NCBI GenBank assembly: GCA_947623625.1
Contig: CANQHD010000001.1
Location: 1 to 56,667, forward strand
From: an uncultured Bacilli bacterium
GTDB taxonomy: Bacteria > Bacillota_I > Bacilli_A > RF39 > UBA660
Length of the DNA: 56,667 nucleotides
Direction: 5' to 3'
The notes under the pieces were generated by a model. It searched no databases. It was given only the letters and a program-made list of their open reading frames with translations, and had not been told where the DNA came from. The position numbers and the translations under genes were made by a program. Shown here piece by piece: positions 27,195 to 35,564 of this stretch. Within the stretch, counting starts at the first letter, position 1. Each line of letters opens with the position of its first letter.

Positions 27195-29354
27195 GTGAAA
27201 AAGTTATTTGGAAAAATGGTGATGAATAAGACGGCTATAACAGCTTTGACTGCAGGCACATTATTAACGGTAACAGCAACTTTTACTTTGCCAAACTTAT
27301 TAGAAGCGAAGAAAGCGGAAGTTCATATTAGTGTCCCAGAAAAAGTGAAGCAGGCATCTAAATCTGCTACTAAAGTTAAAAGTGAAGATGCTACAGTAGA
27401 GTCTGAAGTAGAAGAAGTAAATGCTCAAGATTCTTTAACTTTGGACTTACCAAAACTTGATAAGAAAATTCAAGAAGTTGAGCAAGTTGATTCGCAAAAG
27501 GAAACAATAGAAACTCAAGAAGAGTCTAAGCCTCAAGAAGAAGCACCAAAGTTAGAAGAAACATCTAAGACTCAAGATTCTGAAGAAGTTCCAACAGCAC
27601 CAGATGTGGAAGAGTCTAAGACTCAAGAAGAAACACCAAAGGTAGAAGAAACATCTAAGACTCAAGATTCCGGAGAAAAAGAACAGGTTCCACAAACACC
27701 AGAAGTAGTTGAAGATGAGCTTCAAAAAGAAGAACCAAAATTAGAAGAAGAGTCTAGGCCTCAAGATTCTGAAGAAAAAGAACAGGCTCCACAAACACCA
27801 GAAGTAGTTGAAGATGAACCTCAACAAGAAGTACCAGAATTAGAGAAAGAGCCTGAGACTCAAGATTCTGAAGAAAAAGAACAGGCTCCACAAACACCAG
27901 AAGTAGTAGAAGATGAGCCTCAAAAAGAAGAACCAAAATTAGAGGAAGAGTCTAAGACTCAAGATCCTGAAGTAAAAGAACAGACTTCAACCACACCAGA
28001 AGTAGTTGAAGATAAACCTCAACAAGAAGCCCCAAAATTAGAAGAAAATTCTACGACTCAAGAACCTGAAGTAAAAGAATCAAGTCCAACAGAAGAAGTT
28101 GCTGATAAAGAAGAAAATCAAGAAGATTTACTTTACTTATTAAAAAATGCACTTCAGAAAACAATGGACGCTGATAGCGCTTATTATATTACTGAACAAT
28201 CTGGACTTTATGATGAAACTTTAAAAATCAAATACAATAAGGGTCAAAATAGAGAATGGATTGTTTCAGATTTAGGAGAAGACTATTTAGAGGGTATTGC
28301 TGGAAGATATACGAATGAGTGGCATTCTAATTCTAGTTATTATAATCAATCTTGGTGGAGAAAAAGACTTGGTGCAAGTAATTGGGAAAGCGAAGGTAGA
28401 TTACATTCATCATTTGGAATAAGTATTCTTAGATTTTTATATAATATTAAAGAAGTCAAAGAATATAAGTTACCATCAGGACGCTTGGCTTTTCGAACAT
28501 TTATTGTAACAATTGATAAAGATGCTGCAAATAAAGCTGGAGAAACTCAGTTTAATAAAGCTAATATGTTTAAAGAAGACATTCAACTTGATGTTTCTGT
28601 TGATCATAGCGGCTATATTGTATCAATGAATTGTGATTGGGATGATTCAGTTTTATCAGAATCCATTCCAAATATTTCTTATCGACTTCGAGCAGGTAAT
28701 TTTAATTCAACGACTGTTCAAAGACCAGAAGAGTTAAGAAATGTAACGATTCCTGACTATCCAAAATCAGAAGAATTGACAGCAACCAAAAAAAGAGAAA
28801 TTGCTTCTCAAATCGAAGCAGCATATGAAAAAACAACAAATGCAGAAAGTGCAACATATAAAACGCAAGAAAAGGAAGTACAGTTCAATAAAGAAAAAAA
28901 TGAAGCTCTTATTAAAAATCAAGATGGAACAACTTATTATAAAGGAACAGATGGAATGTATACAGAAAGTGATTATGTTGCACCATCACATCATCAAGAT
29001 AGTTGGACAAAGTCACTTGATTCAGATGTTTGGAAGCAAAATGTTAGAAAACATACAGCATTTAATCCAAAAGAATTATATTTCCTTAACCATATATTTG
29101 ATGTAACAAAAGTTGAAAAACAAGATAATTTAACAACATATACCGTTACAATCTTAAAATATGATGCCAATGTTGCTTACAATTATGCATCTAATCAAAG
29201 TGGTAATAAGTTTGAAGATAATATTACTTTTACAGTTACGTTAGATGAACAAGGATATATAAGAAGATTGCACATTCATTTAGATAACTATCAATATGAT
29301 TTGGAAATTGATCATATTAATGAAACGAATGTGAGTAAACCATTAGATTTATAA
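27195..29354 (+). CDS. secreted or membrane-anchored repeat protein (signal/anchor, acidic P/E/Q-rich tandem repeats, two related C-terminal modules)
   Basis: GTG start after GAGGAGGAAAC. N-terminal hydrophobic segment. 33-aa repeats EEKEQAPQTPEVVEDEPQKEEPKLEEESKTQDS. No LPxTG seen. Confidence 0.7.
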   Translation: MKKLFGKMVMNKTAITALTAGTLLTVTATFTLPNLLEAKKAEVHISVPEKVKQASKSATKVKSEDATVESEVEEVNAQDSLTLDLPKLDKKIQEVEQVDSQKETIETQEESKPQEEAPKLEETSKTQDSEEVPTAPDVEESKTQEETPKVEETSKTQDSGEKEQVPQTPEVVEDELQKEEPKLEEESRPQDSEEKEQAPQTPEVVEDEPQQEVPELEKEPETQDSEEKEQAPQTPEVVEDEPQKEEPKLEEESKTQDPEVKEQTSTTPEVVEDKPQQEAPKLEENSTTQEPEVKESSPTEEVADKEENQEDLLYLLKNALQKTMDADSAYYITEQSGLYDETLKIKYNKGQNREWIVSDLGEDYLEGIAGRYTNEWHSNSSYYNQSWWRKRLGASNWESEGRLHSSFGISILRFLYNIKEVKEYKLPSGRLAFRTFIVTIDKDAANKAGETQFNKANMFKEDIQLDVSVDHSGYIVSMNCDWDDSVLSESIPNISYRLRAGNFNSTTVQRPEELRNVTIPDYPKSEELTATKKREIASQIEAAYEKTTNAESATYKTQEKEVQFNKEKNEALIKNQDGTTYYKGTDGMYTESDYVAPSHHQDSWTKSLDSDVWKQNVRKHTAFNPKELYFLNHIFDVTKVEKQDNLTTYTVTILKYDANVAYNYASNQSGNKFEDNITFTVTLDEQGYIRRLHIHLDNYQYDLEIDHINETNVSKPLDL
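27516..28094 (+). repeat. in-frame tandem repeat array (four well conserved 99-bp units at 27672-28067, preceded by shorter degenerate units)
   Basis: Direct reading of the repeated DNA and protein units. The antisense ORF 27754-27936 is a by-product. Confidence 0.8.
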
Positions 29355-29356
29355 TA

Positions 29357-29408
29357 AAAAGAGCTGAATCAAAATGAAGTGATTGATTTTGAAACAGCTT
29401 TTTTTTAT
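29357..29408 (+). terminator. rho-independent terminator after the repeat protein gene
   Basis: AAAAGAGCTG...CAGCTTTTTTTT outer stem with inner ATCAA/TTGAT pairing. Confidence 0.55.
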
Positions 29409-29590
29409 TTAAAAGATTGTTGAAAAAATAGAAACACACTTTTGATTATTTACCAAATTTTAGCAATTAAATCTTTACAAATTCTAAAGTTTGAGTGAAA
29501 ATAGAAACCATCAGCTCGAGTTAGTAACAGAAAAACTAAAGAAAAAGATATTTTTTTCAAAAAATAATAAATTAAGGGGAGTTGAAAAAT

Positions 29591-31363
29591 ATGAAAAAAA
29601 ATCAAAAAGAACAAAAATTAACAGGATTTGCTTCTATAGATAATCCACAAAGTCAAGAGGCTCATTATTTTGAACGAAATCCAATCATTCCAAATGTCAA
29701 TATTTACACATTATTAAAACTGCTAAGTATGCGTCGAATGGACGACATAGCAGTAGATTGCCTAGATTTAAAAGCTTGCTACAAAGATTTAGTAGATGAT
29801 GCAGTCACAATTTCATTGGCACTTAAAGAGCTTGGCGTGAAAAAAGGGGATATTGTTGCAATTGCCATGCCAAATTTATATCAAGGTTTAGCAGCTTATT
29901 TTGCTTGCAATCGAATTGGCGCTGTTACAACATATTTAGATGCTTTTTCTCCAGTAGAAGAGATAAGTACTTATTTAAATTTATTTGAATCACCTGTTCT
30001 TATCAATTTTGATAAAAATGAAGAATACAATAAAAAAATTAAAGATGAGACGAAAGTTAAGCATATCATTACTTTAGATCGAAAAAATGTGAATGAATTG
30101 TCTCTTCAAAATAATTATCATATCACAAGTAGCGATAATAAAATTGACTTTAATAGTTTAGATAGTATTGCTCAATTTAAAAAATTCAAATTAGAACCAT
30201 TTCATTCTATGAAAGAAGATTCATTAATTTTATTTACAAGTGGTTCAACAGGAATTCCAAAATCAGTTGTTTTAACAAATGAAAATATTTTAGCAGCTGA
30301 AATTTATGCAATGAATACAAGCCATACAGAAAATATAACAGGTAAATCTACATTAACTTGCGTTCCATTTTGTTATCCGTATGGTCTAGTAACATCTGCA
30401 CTTACTTCTCTTTTATGGGGAAAGGAAGCTATTTTAGCACCAGATATTAGCAAAGATACAGTTTCTTATTATTATGGGAAAAAACCAAGTATTGTTTTTG
30501 GAAGTCCTGCTTTATTAAACTTAACAATGAACTATATTCCAAGGCACCAAGATTTATCTTCTGTTACCCATTTTATTTCAGGTGGAGATTTTCTAACACC
30601 TTCACATGCTCAAAGAGGAACAGAATTTTTTAAAGAACATGGTGCTGATAAAATAGAAATTGGAAATGGATTTGGAAATGCAGAAACCGTAAGTATCGGC
30701 TCTACTCCAGTTGGTGTTCCACTTAGACAAGAAACTGCAGGAAAAATACTTGTTGGAACGACTGCAATGATAGTTGATCCAGATACCTTGGAAGAAAAGA
30801 AATATGGAGAAGAAGGACTCTTTTGTGTCGCAGGTAGACATGTTTTCAAAGGTTACTATAAGAATGAAGAATTAACGAGAGAAACTAAATTTGAAAGAGA
30901 TGGAAAAGAGTATTATAAAACTGGAACTTTAGGTAGAATTGATGAAGAAGGATATTTTCATATAACAGGAAGACAATCTAGATTTTATATAACATCTTCT
31001 TTGAATAAAGTCTATTGTGATAAAGTGCAAGGACTTATTTCAAAGCTCGATGAAGTAAGAGATTGCGCTGTTGTTAAAGTTCAAGATGACGAAAAACTCT
31101 ATGTTAATAAAGCGTATATTGTTTTGAATAATCCTCTTGATCAAACGGAAGAAATGAAAGAACTTCTCTATCAAAGATTCCAACAACCAATGACCTCTAT
31201 AGATGGACAAACCTTACAATTAAAACCTTATGAAGTTCCAACTTATATTGAATTTATTGATGAGATGCCACGTCTTGCAGGATCTGAAAAAATAGATTAT
31301 AGTTATCTTGAAAGAGATGCTCAAAGTAAAAAAGAAGCAAAAAATTTCGTTTTAAAAAAATGA
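29591..31363 (+). CDS. AMP-binding (acyl-CoA synthetase/adenylate-forming) enzyme
   Basis: LFTSGSTGIPKSVV AMP-binding motif, YKTGTLGR and GSEKIDY C-terminal motifs. ATG at 29591 after GGGGAG. Confidence 0.8.
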   Translation: MKKNQKEQKLTGFASIDNPQSQEAHYFERNPIIPNVNIYTLLKLLSMRRMDDIAVDCLDLKACYKDLVDDAVTISLALKELGVKKGDIVAIAMPNLYQGLAAYFACNRIGAVTTYLDAFSPVEEISTYLNLFESPVLINFDKNEEYNKKIKDETKVKHIITLDRKNVNELSLQNNYHITSSDNKIDFNSLDSIAQFKKFKLEPFHSMKEDSLILFTSGSTGIPKSVVLTNENILAAEIYAMNTSHTENITGKSTLTCVPFCYPYGLVTSALTSLLWGKEAILAPDISKDTVSYYYGKKPSIVFGSPALLNLTMNYIPRHQDLSSVTHFISGGDFLTPSHAQRGTEFFKEHGADKIEIGNGFGNAETVSIGSTPVGVPLRQETAGKILVGTTAMIVDPDTLEEKKYGEEGLFCVAGRHVFKGYYKNEELTRETKFERDGKEYYKTGTLGRIDEEGYFHITGRQSRFYITSSLNKVYCDKVQGLISKLDEVRDCAVVKVQDDEKLYVNKAYIVLNNPLDQTEEMKELLYQRFQQPMTSIDGQTLQLKPYEVPTYIEFIDEMPRLAGSEKIDYSYLERDAQSKKEAKNFVLKK

Positions 31364-31393
31364 AAGTAAAGTCTTCTTTTTTACTTGCTAAAG

Positions 31394-31436
31394 AACTCTA
31401 ATTTTAGTATAAAAAAACTAGAATTAGAGTTTTTCT
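31394..31436. terminator. long hairpin terminator between the AMP-ligase gene and tRNA-Leu(CAG)
   Basis: 14-bp stem AACTCTAATTTTAG/CTAGAATTAGAGTT (one G:T), 10-nt loop, T-run 31430-31434. Confidence 0.65.
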
Positions 31437-31458
31437 AGTCTTAATATGTTTTTATATT

Positions 31459-31544
31459 TGGTGCGAAGGAGGAGACTTGAACTCCCACGGAAAAATTCCA
31501 CTACGCCCTGAACATAGCGCGTCTACCAATTTCGCCACCTTCGC
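31459..31544 (-). tRNA. tRNA-Leu (CAG anticodon), long variable arm, CCA encoded
   Basis: Minus-strand 86-nt cloverleaf: GCGAAGG acceptor, anticodon arm CTATG-TTCAGGG-CGTAG, variable arm, T-arm GGGAG-TTCAAGT-CTCCT. Confidence 0.85.
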
Positions 31545-31555
31545 ATAACGTTATA

Positions 31556-31584
31556 AATGTATCACATTTTTAACAGATTGTAAA
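31556..31584 (-). promoter_or_regulatory. promoter of tRNA-Leu(CAG)
   Basis: Minus strand TTTACA, 17 nt, TACATT with TGa extension. Confidence 0.5.
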
Positions 31585-31691
31585 ATGCTTCTTTTGGATA
31601 ATTCATCCAAATGAGTTTAATATAAAATTGTCTTTCAAAAGTTTTCAACTTCAATTTTATTGGTTTGTTTCTACAGTTTTTTTGAAAAAGC

Positions 31692-31720
31692 TATACAAAT
31701 TTACTTTTCTTTGATACAAT
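31692..31720 (+). promoter_or_regulatory. promoter of tRNA-Leu(GAG)
   Basis: TATACA, 17 nt, TACAAT with TGa extended -10. The tRNA starts 14 nt downstream. Confidence 0.45.
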
Positions 31721-31733
31721 AACATTGTTCTTT

Positions 31734-31820
31734 GCAAGAATGGCGGAATCGGTAGACGCGCTACTTTGAGGGGGTAGTGACCTAACGGTCATGGGAGTTC
31801 AAGTCTCCTTTCTTGCACCA
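31734..31820 (+). tRNA. tRNA-Leu (GAG anticodon), long variable arm, CCA encoded
   Basis: 87-nt cloverleaf: GCAAGAA acceptor, anticodon arm CTACT-TTGAGGG-GGTAG, T-arm GGGAG-TTCAAGT-CTCCT. Confidence 0.85.
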
Positions 31821-31985
31821 AATTAATAAAAAAACTTAGAAATTTCTGAGTATAAAATAAAACGGGCTTAATAAAAGTGCGTTTTTATATTTTGATGAAA
31901 ACTTTATTTATCCTTCTTTTCTTTGCCTTTTTTTCTTTCTTTTGTGAAAAGCATTTGCTATAATAATACTAAGGAGATGGTGAAC

Positions 31986-32762
31986 ATGAAAGATACCAAT
32001 TTTTTAATACAAAATGGAGTAGATGTAGCGCATGGAATAGAATTATTAGGGGATATTGAAATGTATAATTCTATTATGCAGGAATTTTTAAATTCATATA
32101 CAGAACGAATGCAAAAAATAATTTCTGCTAAAAATAATGGTGATATGGAAAATTATGCAATTGAAGTACACGCCTTAAAAAGTGATTCCAAATATTTAGG
32201 ATTTAATATTTTAGCAGATCTTGCATATCAACATGAACTTGCTAGTAAAAGTAAAAACGTTGATGTGGTTAATTCTTCATTCAATCAGTTAATTCAAGAA
32301 GCCAATCGTGTTATGCAAGTTGCAAACACTTATCTAAGAACAGGTAATGCAACTTCATCAGCTGATAGAAGCCAATCTAGGAAGAAAGCAATATTGGTTG
32401 CAGATGACTCTAACATTATTCGTAGTTTTATTCATGAAGTTTTTGCGGATCAATTTGAAGTTTTACTTGCAAATGATGGGAAAGAAGTGCTCGATTTAGT
32501 AAACACTCGTTCAAACGACATTGTAGCATTATTGCTTGATCTTAACATGCCAAATGTGGATGGATTTCAAGTTCTTGAATATTTTCAATATTATGATTTA
32601 TTTAAAAAGATTCCTGTATCCATTATTTCTGGAGCAGATGATAAAGAAACAATTGATAGAGCTTTTACCTATCCAATTGTAGATATGCTCAATAAGCCTT
32701 TTGATAAAGAAAGCGTGAAGGCATTTGTAGAAAAAACGATTTCACTTGGTGCGGTAGAGTAA
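31986..32762 (+). CDS. Hpt (histidine phosphotransfer) domain fused to a receiver (REC) domain, no output domain
   Basis: Hpt motif EVHALKSDSKYLG. REC motifs ILVADDS...LLLDLNMPNVDG...ISG...NKP. ATG at 31986 after AAGGAGA. Confidence 0.8.
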   Translation: MKDTNFLIQNGVDVAHGIELLGDIEMYNSIMQEFLNSYTERMQKIISAKNNGDMENYAIEVHALKSDSKYLGFNILADLAYQHELASKSKNVDVVNSSFNQLIQEANRVMQVANTYLRTGNATSSADRSQSRKKAILVADDSNIIRSFIHEVFADQFEVLLANDGKEVLDLVNTRSNDIVALLLDLNMPNVDGFQVLEYFQYYDLFKKIPVSIISGADDKETIDRAFTYPIVDMLNKPFDKESVKAFVEKTISLGAVE

Positions 32763-32852
32763 TCGTTATTATAGATTAATATAATAAATTTTTGATTGCT
32801 AATTGGTTCAAAAATTCATTTTTTACTGGCTTTAAGAATAAGGAGAAATATT

Positions 32853-33569
32853 ATGAACTGGACAAGTGATAAATACCATATTTTTTGGAAAAACATTTAT
32901 AAGGAACAAGACAAAAATTATATTGATTTTTTGAAAAGAACAGTCAATACAAATTATAAAATAATGGGAATTCGAACTCCTTTATTGAGGAAAAAAGCAA
33001 ACTTTATCGCAAAAGAAAATATACAATCCTATTTAAAAGTTGTGAAAGATGAAACATATGAAGAAGTTTTAATGCAAGGATTTGTAATAGGAAAATTAAA
33101 AAATAGGGAAGAAGTTGCCAATTCCATGATTCAATTTGTTCCAAAAATTGATAATTGGGCTATTTGTGATATGACAGTTGCAAGCTTAAAAATTGTCAAT
33201 CAAGAAAAAGATTATTTTCTTCCATTTATTGATCGTTTATTAGAAAGTGATGCTCTTTACGCAAGGCGATTAGGTCTTGTTCTTTTAATCAACTATTATG
33301 TAGAAGATGAGTTTTTGGAAAAAATCTTTAAGCGAATTTTAAAAACAAAAGGGGAAGAGTATTATATTGATATGGCAAAAGCATGGCTTCTTTGTGAATG
33401 CTTTATCAAAAATCAAGAGAAAACCTATTCATTTTTAGAAAATGAAATAATCTCTTTTTCCATTCTTACAAAAACTGTTCAAAAAGTGTGCGATTCTTAT
33501 CGTGTTAGTCCATTAGAAAAAGAAAAATTAAAAAAGCTAAGAGCAAAAAAAAGGAAGCTTTATTCGTGA
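32853..33569 (+). CDS. DNA alkylation repair protein (AlkC/AlkD-like HEAT-repeat family)
   Basis: About 238 aa. IDNWAICDM and RRLGLVLL motifs are typical of this family. ATG at 32853 after AAGGAGA. Confidence 0.7.
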   Translation: MNWTSDKYHIFWKNIYKEQDKNYIDFLKRTVNTNYKIMGIRTPLLRKKANFIAKENIQSYLKVVKDETYEEVLMQGFVIGKLKNREEVANSMIQFVPKIDNWAICDMTVASLKIVNQEKDYFLPFIDRLLESDALYARRLGLVLLINYYVEDEFLEKIFKRILKTKGEEYYIDMAKAWLLCECFIKNQEKTYSFLENEIISFSILTKTVQKVCDSYRVSPLEKEKLKKLRAKKRKLYS

Positions 33570-34438
33570 TAGAGCTCCTCTTTAATGCTTTCCATATTTT
33601 TCTCAACTAAACTAATATAGTCTTCTTCGTGTTCACGTTCTTCATCCGTTAAAACAGTTATCTTCTTAAGTGTTTTTGTCTTTAGGGAATTGACGTGAAT
33701 ATCTAATAATTTTTTCGCTTCATTACTCAATTCTTCATTTTCAAAACTATAAAGCTTTGTGATCTGTTTCGATTGAATAAGTGATTGAATTTCACTTTTT
33801 TCTTTTTCTGTAATTTTATCATTGATAACATGAACTGTAAGACCATATTTTTCTAAAAATTTTAATCCCTCGTTCGTCACTAAAATATCTTTATATTTTG
33901 CATCTTCCGCTGTAAGACGAATATTTGCATCTAACTCAGATATTTTGACTTTTAACTCTTCATATTTATCATCAATTTCTTTTTGCAAATAACTGTTTTC
34001 AATATATTCTTTTAAACTGAGTCTTACGTTTTGTGCCATCATTAACATAAAAGATGGATCGAGCCAAATACTATCAGTTTGATAGGTACTCTCAAGGACA
34101 TAAGAACTATCAATGATTTTTAAATTACTGTTATAATCAAGTAATTCGACTGCTAGATTTCTCTCTCGTTCAATAAGACCAGTGTAAATAAATAAATCTT
34201 TATTCGCACTATCTTTCTTTTGTTTTTTAGTAATTTTATAATTTTCAACTTGAACTCCATCTGGATATATTCCACGAATTGTTGCATGATCTTGATAGAG
34301 CATACTTACAATATATTCATTTGGATAATTGGTCGTTACAATTTGAATATCTTCCATATTGTCTCTTTTACATCCACTTACTAAAAATAATATTCCAAGG
34401 AGTAAAAAAATTTGAACCCCAGTTTTTCTTTTTTTCAT
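33560..34438 (-). CDS. TroA/ZnuA-like (cluster A-I) substrate-binding lipoprotein with degenerate metal site
   Basis: Lipobox LVSGC. Architecture motifs IVTTNYP, DLFIYTGL, IWLDP and ILVTNEGLKFLEKYGL parallel metal SBPs. The canonical His ligands are not present. Confidence 0.6.
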   Translation of the reverse strand: MKKRKTGVQIFLLLGILFLVSGCKRDNMEDIQIVTTNYPNEYIVSMLYQDHATIRGIYPDGVQVENYKITKKQKKDSANKDLFIYTGLIERERNLAVELLDYNSNLKIIDSSYVLESTYQTDSIWLDPSFMLMMAQNVRLSLKEYIENSYLQKEIDDKYEELKVKISELDANIRLTAEDAKYKDILVTNEGLKFLEKYGLTVHVINDKITEKEKSEIQSLIQSKQITKLYSFENEELSNEAKKLLDIHVNSLKTKTLKKITVLTDEEREHEEDYISLVEKNMESIKEELYHE

Positions 34439-34659
34439 TTTCGTCTTCCTTTCTGTGGGACAGGATCATAACCTTGACTACCAAAGGGATTGCATCTTAA
34501 CAAGCGTTTGATAGATAAGTAAGATCCTTTAATGGCTCCATGAGTTTCAATGGCTTCTAAAGCATAATTAGAACAAGTTGGAATATGCCTACAAGCTTGA
34601 TGCCATGGACCTGGTATTTTTTGATAAATATGAATACAAAAAGTAATCATTCTTTTCAT
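34435..34659 (-). CDS. yidD: membrane protein insertion efficiency factor YidD
   Basis: CRHIPTCSNYALEAIETHGAIKG...RLLRCNPF...GYDPVP is the YidD signature. Confidence 0.85.
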   Translation of the reverse strand: MKRMITFCIHIYQKIPGPWHQACRHIPTCSNYALEAIETHGAIKGSYLSIKRLLRCNPFGSQGYDPVPQKGRRK

Positions 34660-34824
34660 TTAATCACCATATTGTTATTGTACTATTTTCTTTCTTTTTT
34701 TACAAGTTTTTCAAATAAGTGATGAGAACTTATGTCAAGATGGATGAATACGTTTAAATAATTCTATCTAAAAAAAGTTTCTTTTTTTCTTCTTTCACGG
34801 TATAATGGTAGTGGTGAAGAGAAG

Positions 34825-35499
34825 ATGCAAGAACTTTTTGAAAAATTAAAAATCAAACCTCAAAATAAAGAACTTTATGAAACCGCTTTTTCTCATTCTT
34901 CTTATGCAAATGAACATAAAAAGAAAAAAGATTATGAGCGTCTTGAATTTCTCGGGGACGCTGTTTTAGATCTTGTTGTAGGAGATTATTTATATAGTCA
35001 TATTTCTTCAAATGAAGGAGAGCTTACTAAAGAAAGAGCAAGTTATGTTTGTGAAAATGCTCTTTATGTTTATGCGATGGATTTAGGTTTACAGAAATAT
35101 ATTTTAGTTGGACATGGTGAAGAAAATCATGGTGGAAAATACAAAAAAGCCATTGTTGCAGATATTTTTGAAGCTTTAACAGGTGCAATTTATTTAGATC
35201 TTGGATTTAAAACTGCAAAAAGAGTATTACTTTCTATCATTGTTCCTTATATAAAAGATCCAAATATTTGCTTTTTTCTTGATTATAAATCCGTTCTTCA
35301 AGAAGCTGTACAAACAACGAGTAAAACACTAAAGTATCAAGTCATTCGTGAAGAAGGACCCAGTCATGATAAGACCTTCACAGTCGAAGTAAGAGTCGAT
35401 GGAATTGTTTACGGAACAGGTGTAGGCTCTAGTAAAAAAGAAGCAGAGCAAGAAGCCGCTAAAGTTGCGCTTTCAAAAAATCCAACACTTAATAGTTGA
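34825..35499 (+). CDS. rnc: ribonuclease III
   Basis: ERLEFLGDAVLDL signature plus C-terminal dsRBD (GSSKKEAEQEAAK). Confidence 0.9.
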   Translation: MQELFEKLKIKPQNKELYETAFSHSSYANEHKKKKDYERLEFLGDAVLDLVVGDYLYSHISSNEGELTKERASYVCENALYVYAMDLGLQKYILVGHGEENHGGKYKKAIVADIFEALTGAIYLDLGFKTAKRVLLSIIVPYIKDPNICFFLDYKSVLQEAVQTTSKTLKYQVIREEGPSHDKTFTVEVRVDGIVYGTGVGSSKKEAEQEAAKVALSKNPTLNS

Positions 35500-35524
35500 A
35501 GATAAAGGGGTTTTATGCTATAAT
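35496..35524 (+). promoter_or_regulatory. promoter of rnj
   Basis: TTGAAG, 17 nt, TATAAT with TGc extended -10. Confidence 0.5.
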
Positions 35525-35564
35525 AAGAAAGCTTTTGAGAAGATAAAAAAAGAAAGGAGAACTT

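Noticed and set aside
27516-28094. Regular ~99-bp repeats; considered as a CRISPR-like or satellite array
   Set aside because: The repeats are contiguous with no unique spacers, are in frame within a long ORF and encode a coherent 33-aa peptide repeat. ORFs 27754-27936 (-) and 28801-29106 (+) are by-products of the biased composition.
31829-31846. Hairpin ACTTAGAAA/TTTCTGAGT after tRNA-Leu(GAG); considered as a terminator
   Set aside because: It is followed by an A-rich tract, not a T-run, on the plus strand. The T-run is on the wrong side for the tRNA transcript. The evidence is too weak to call.
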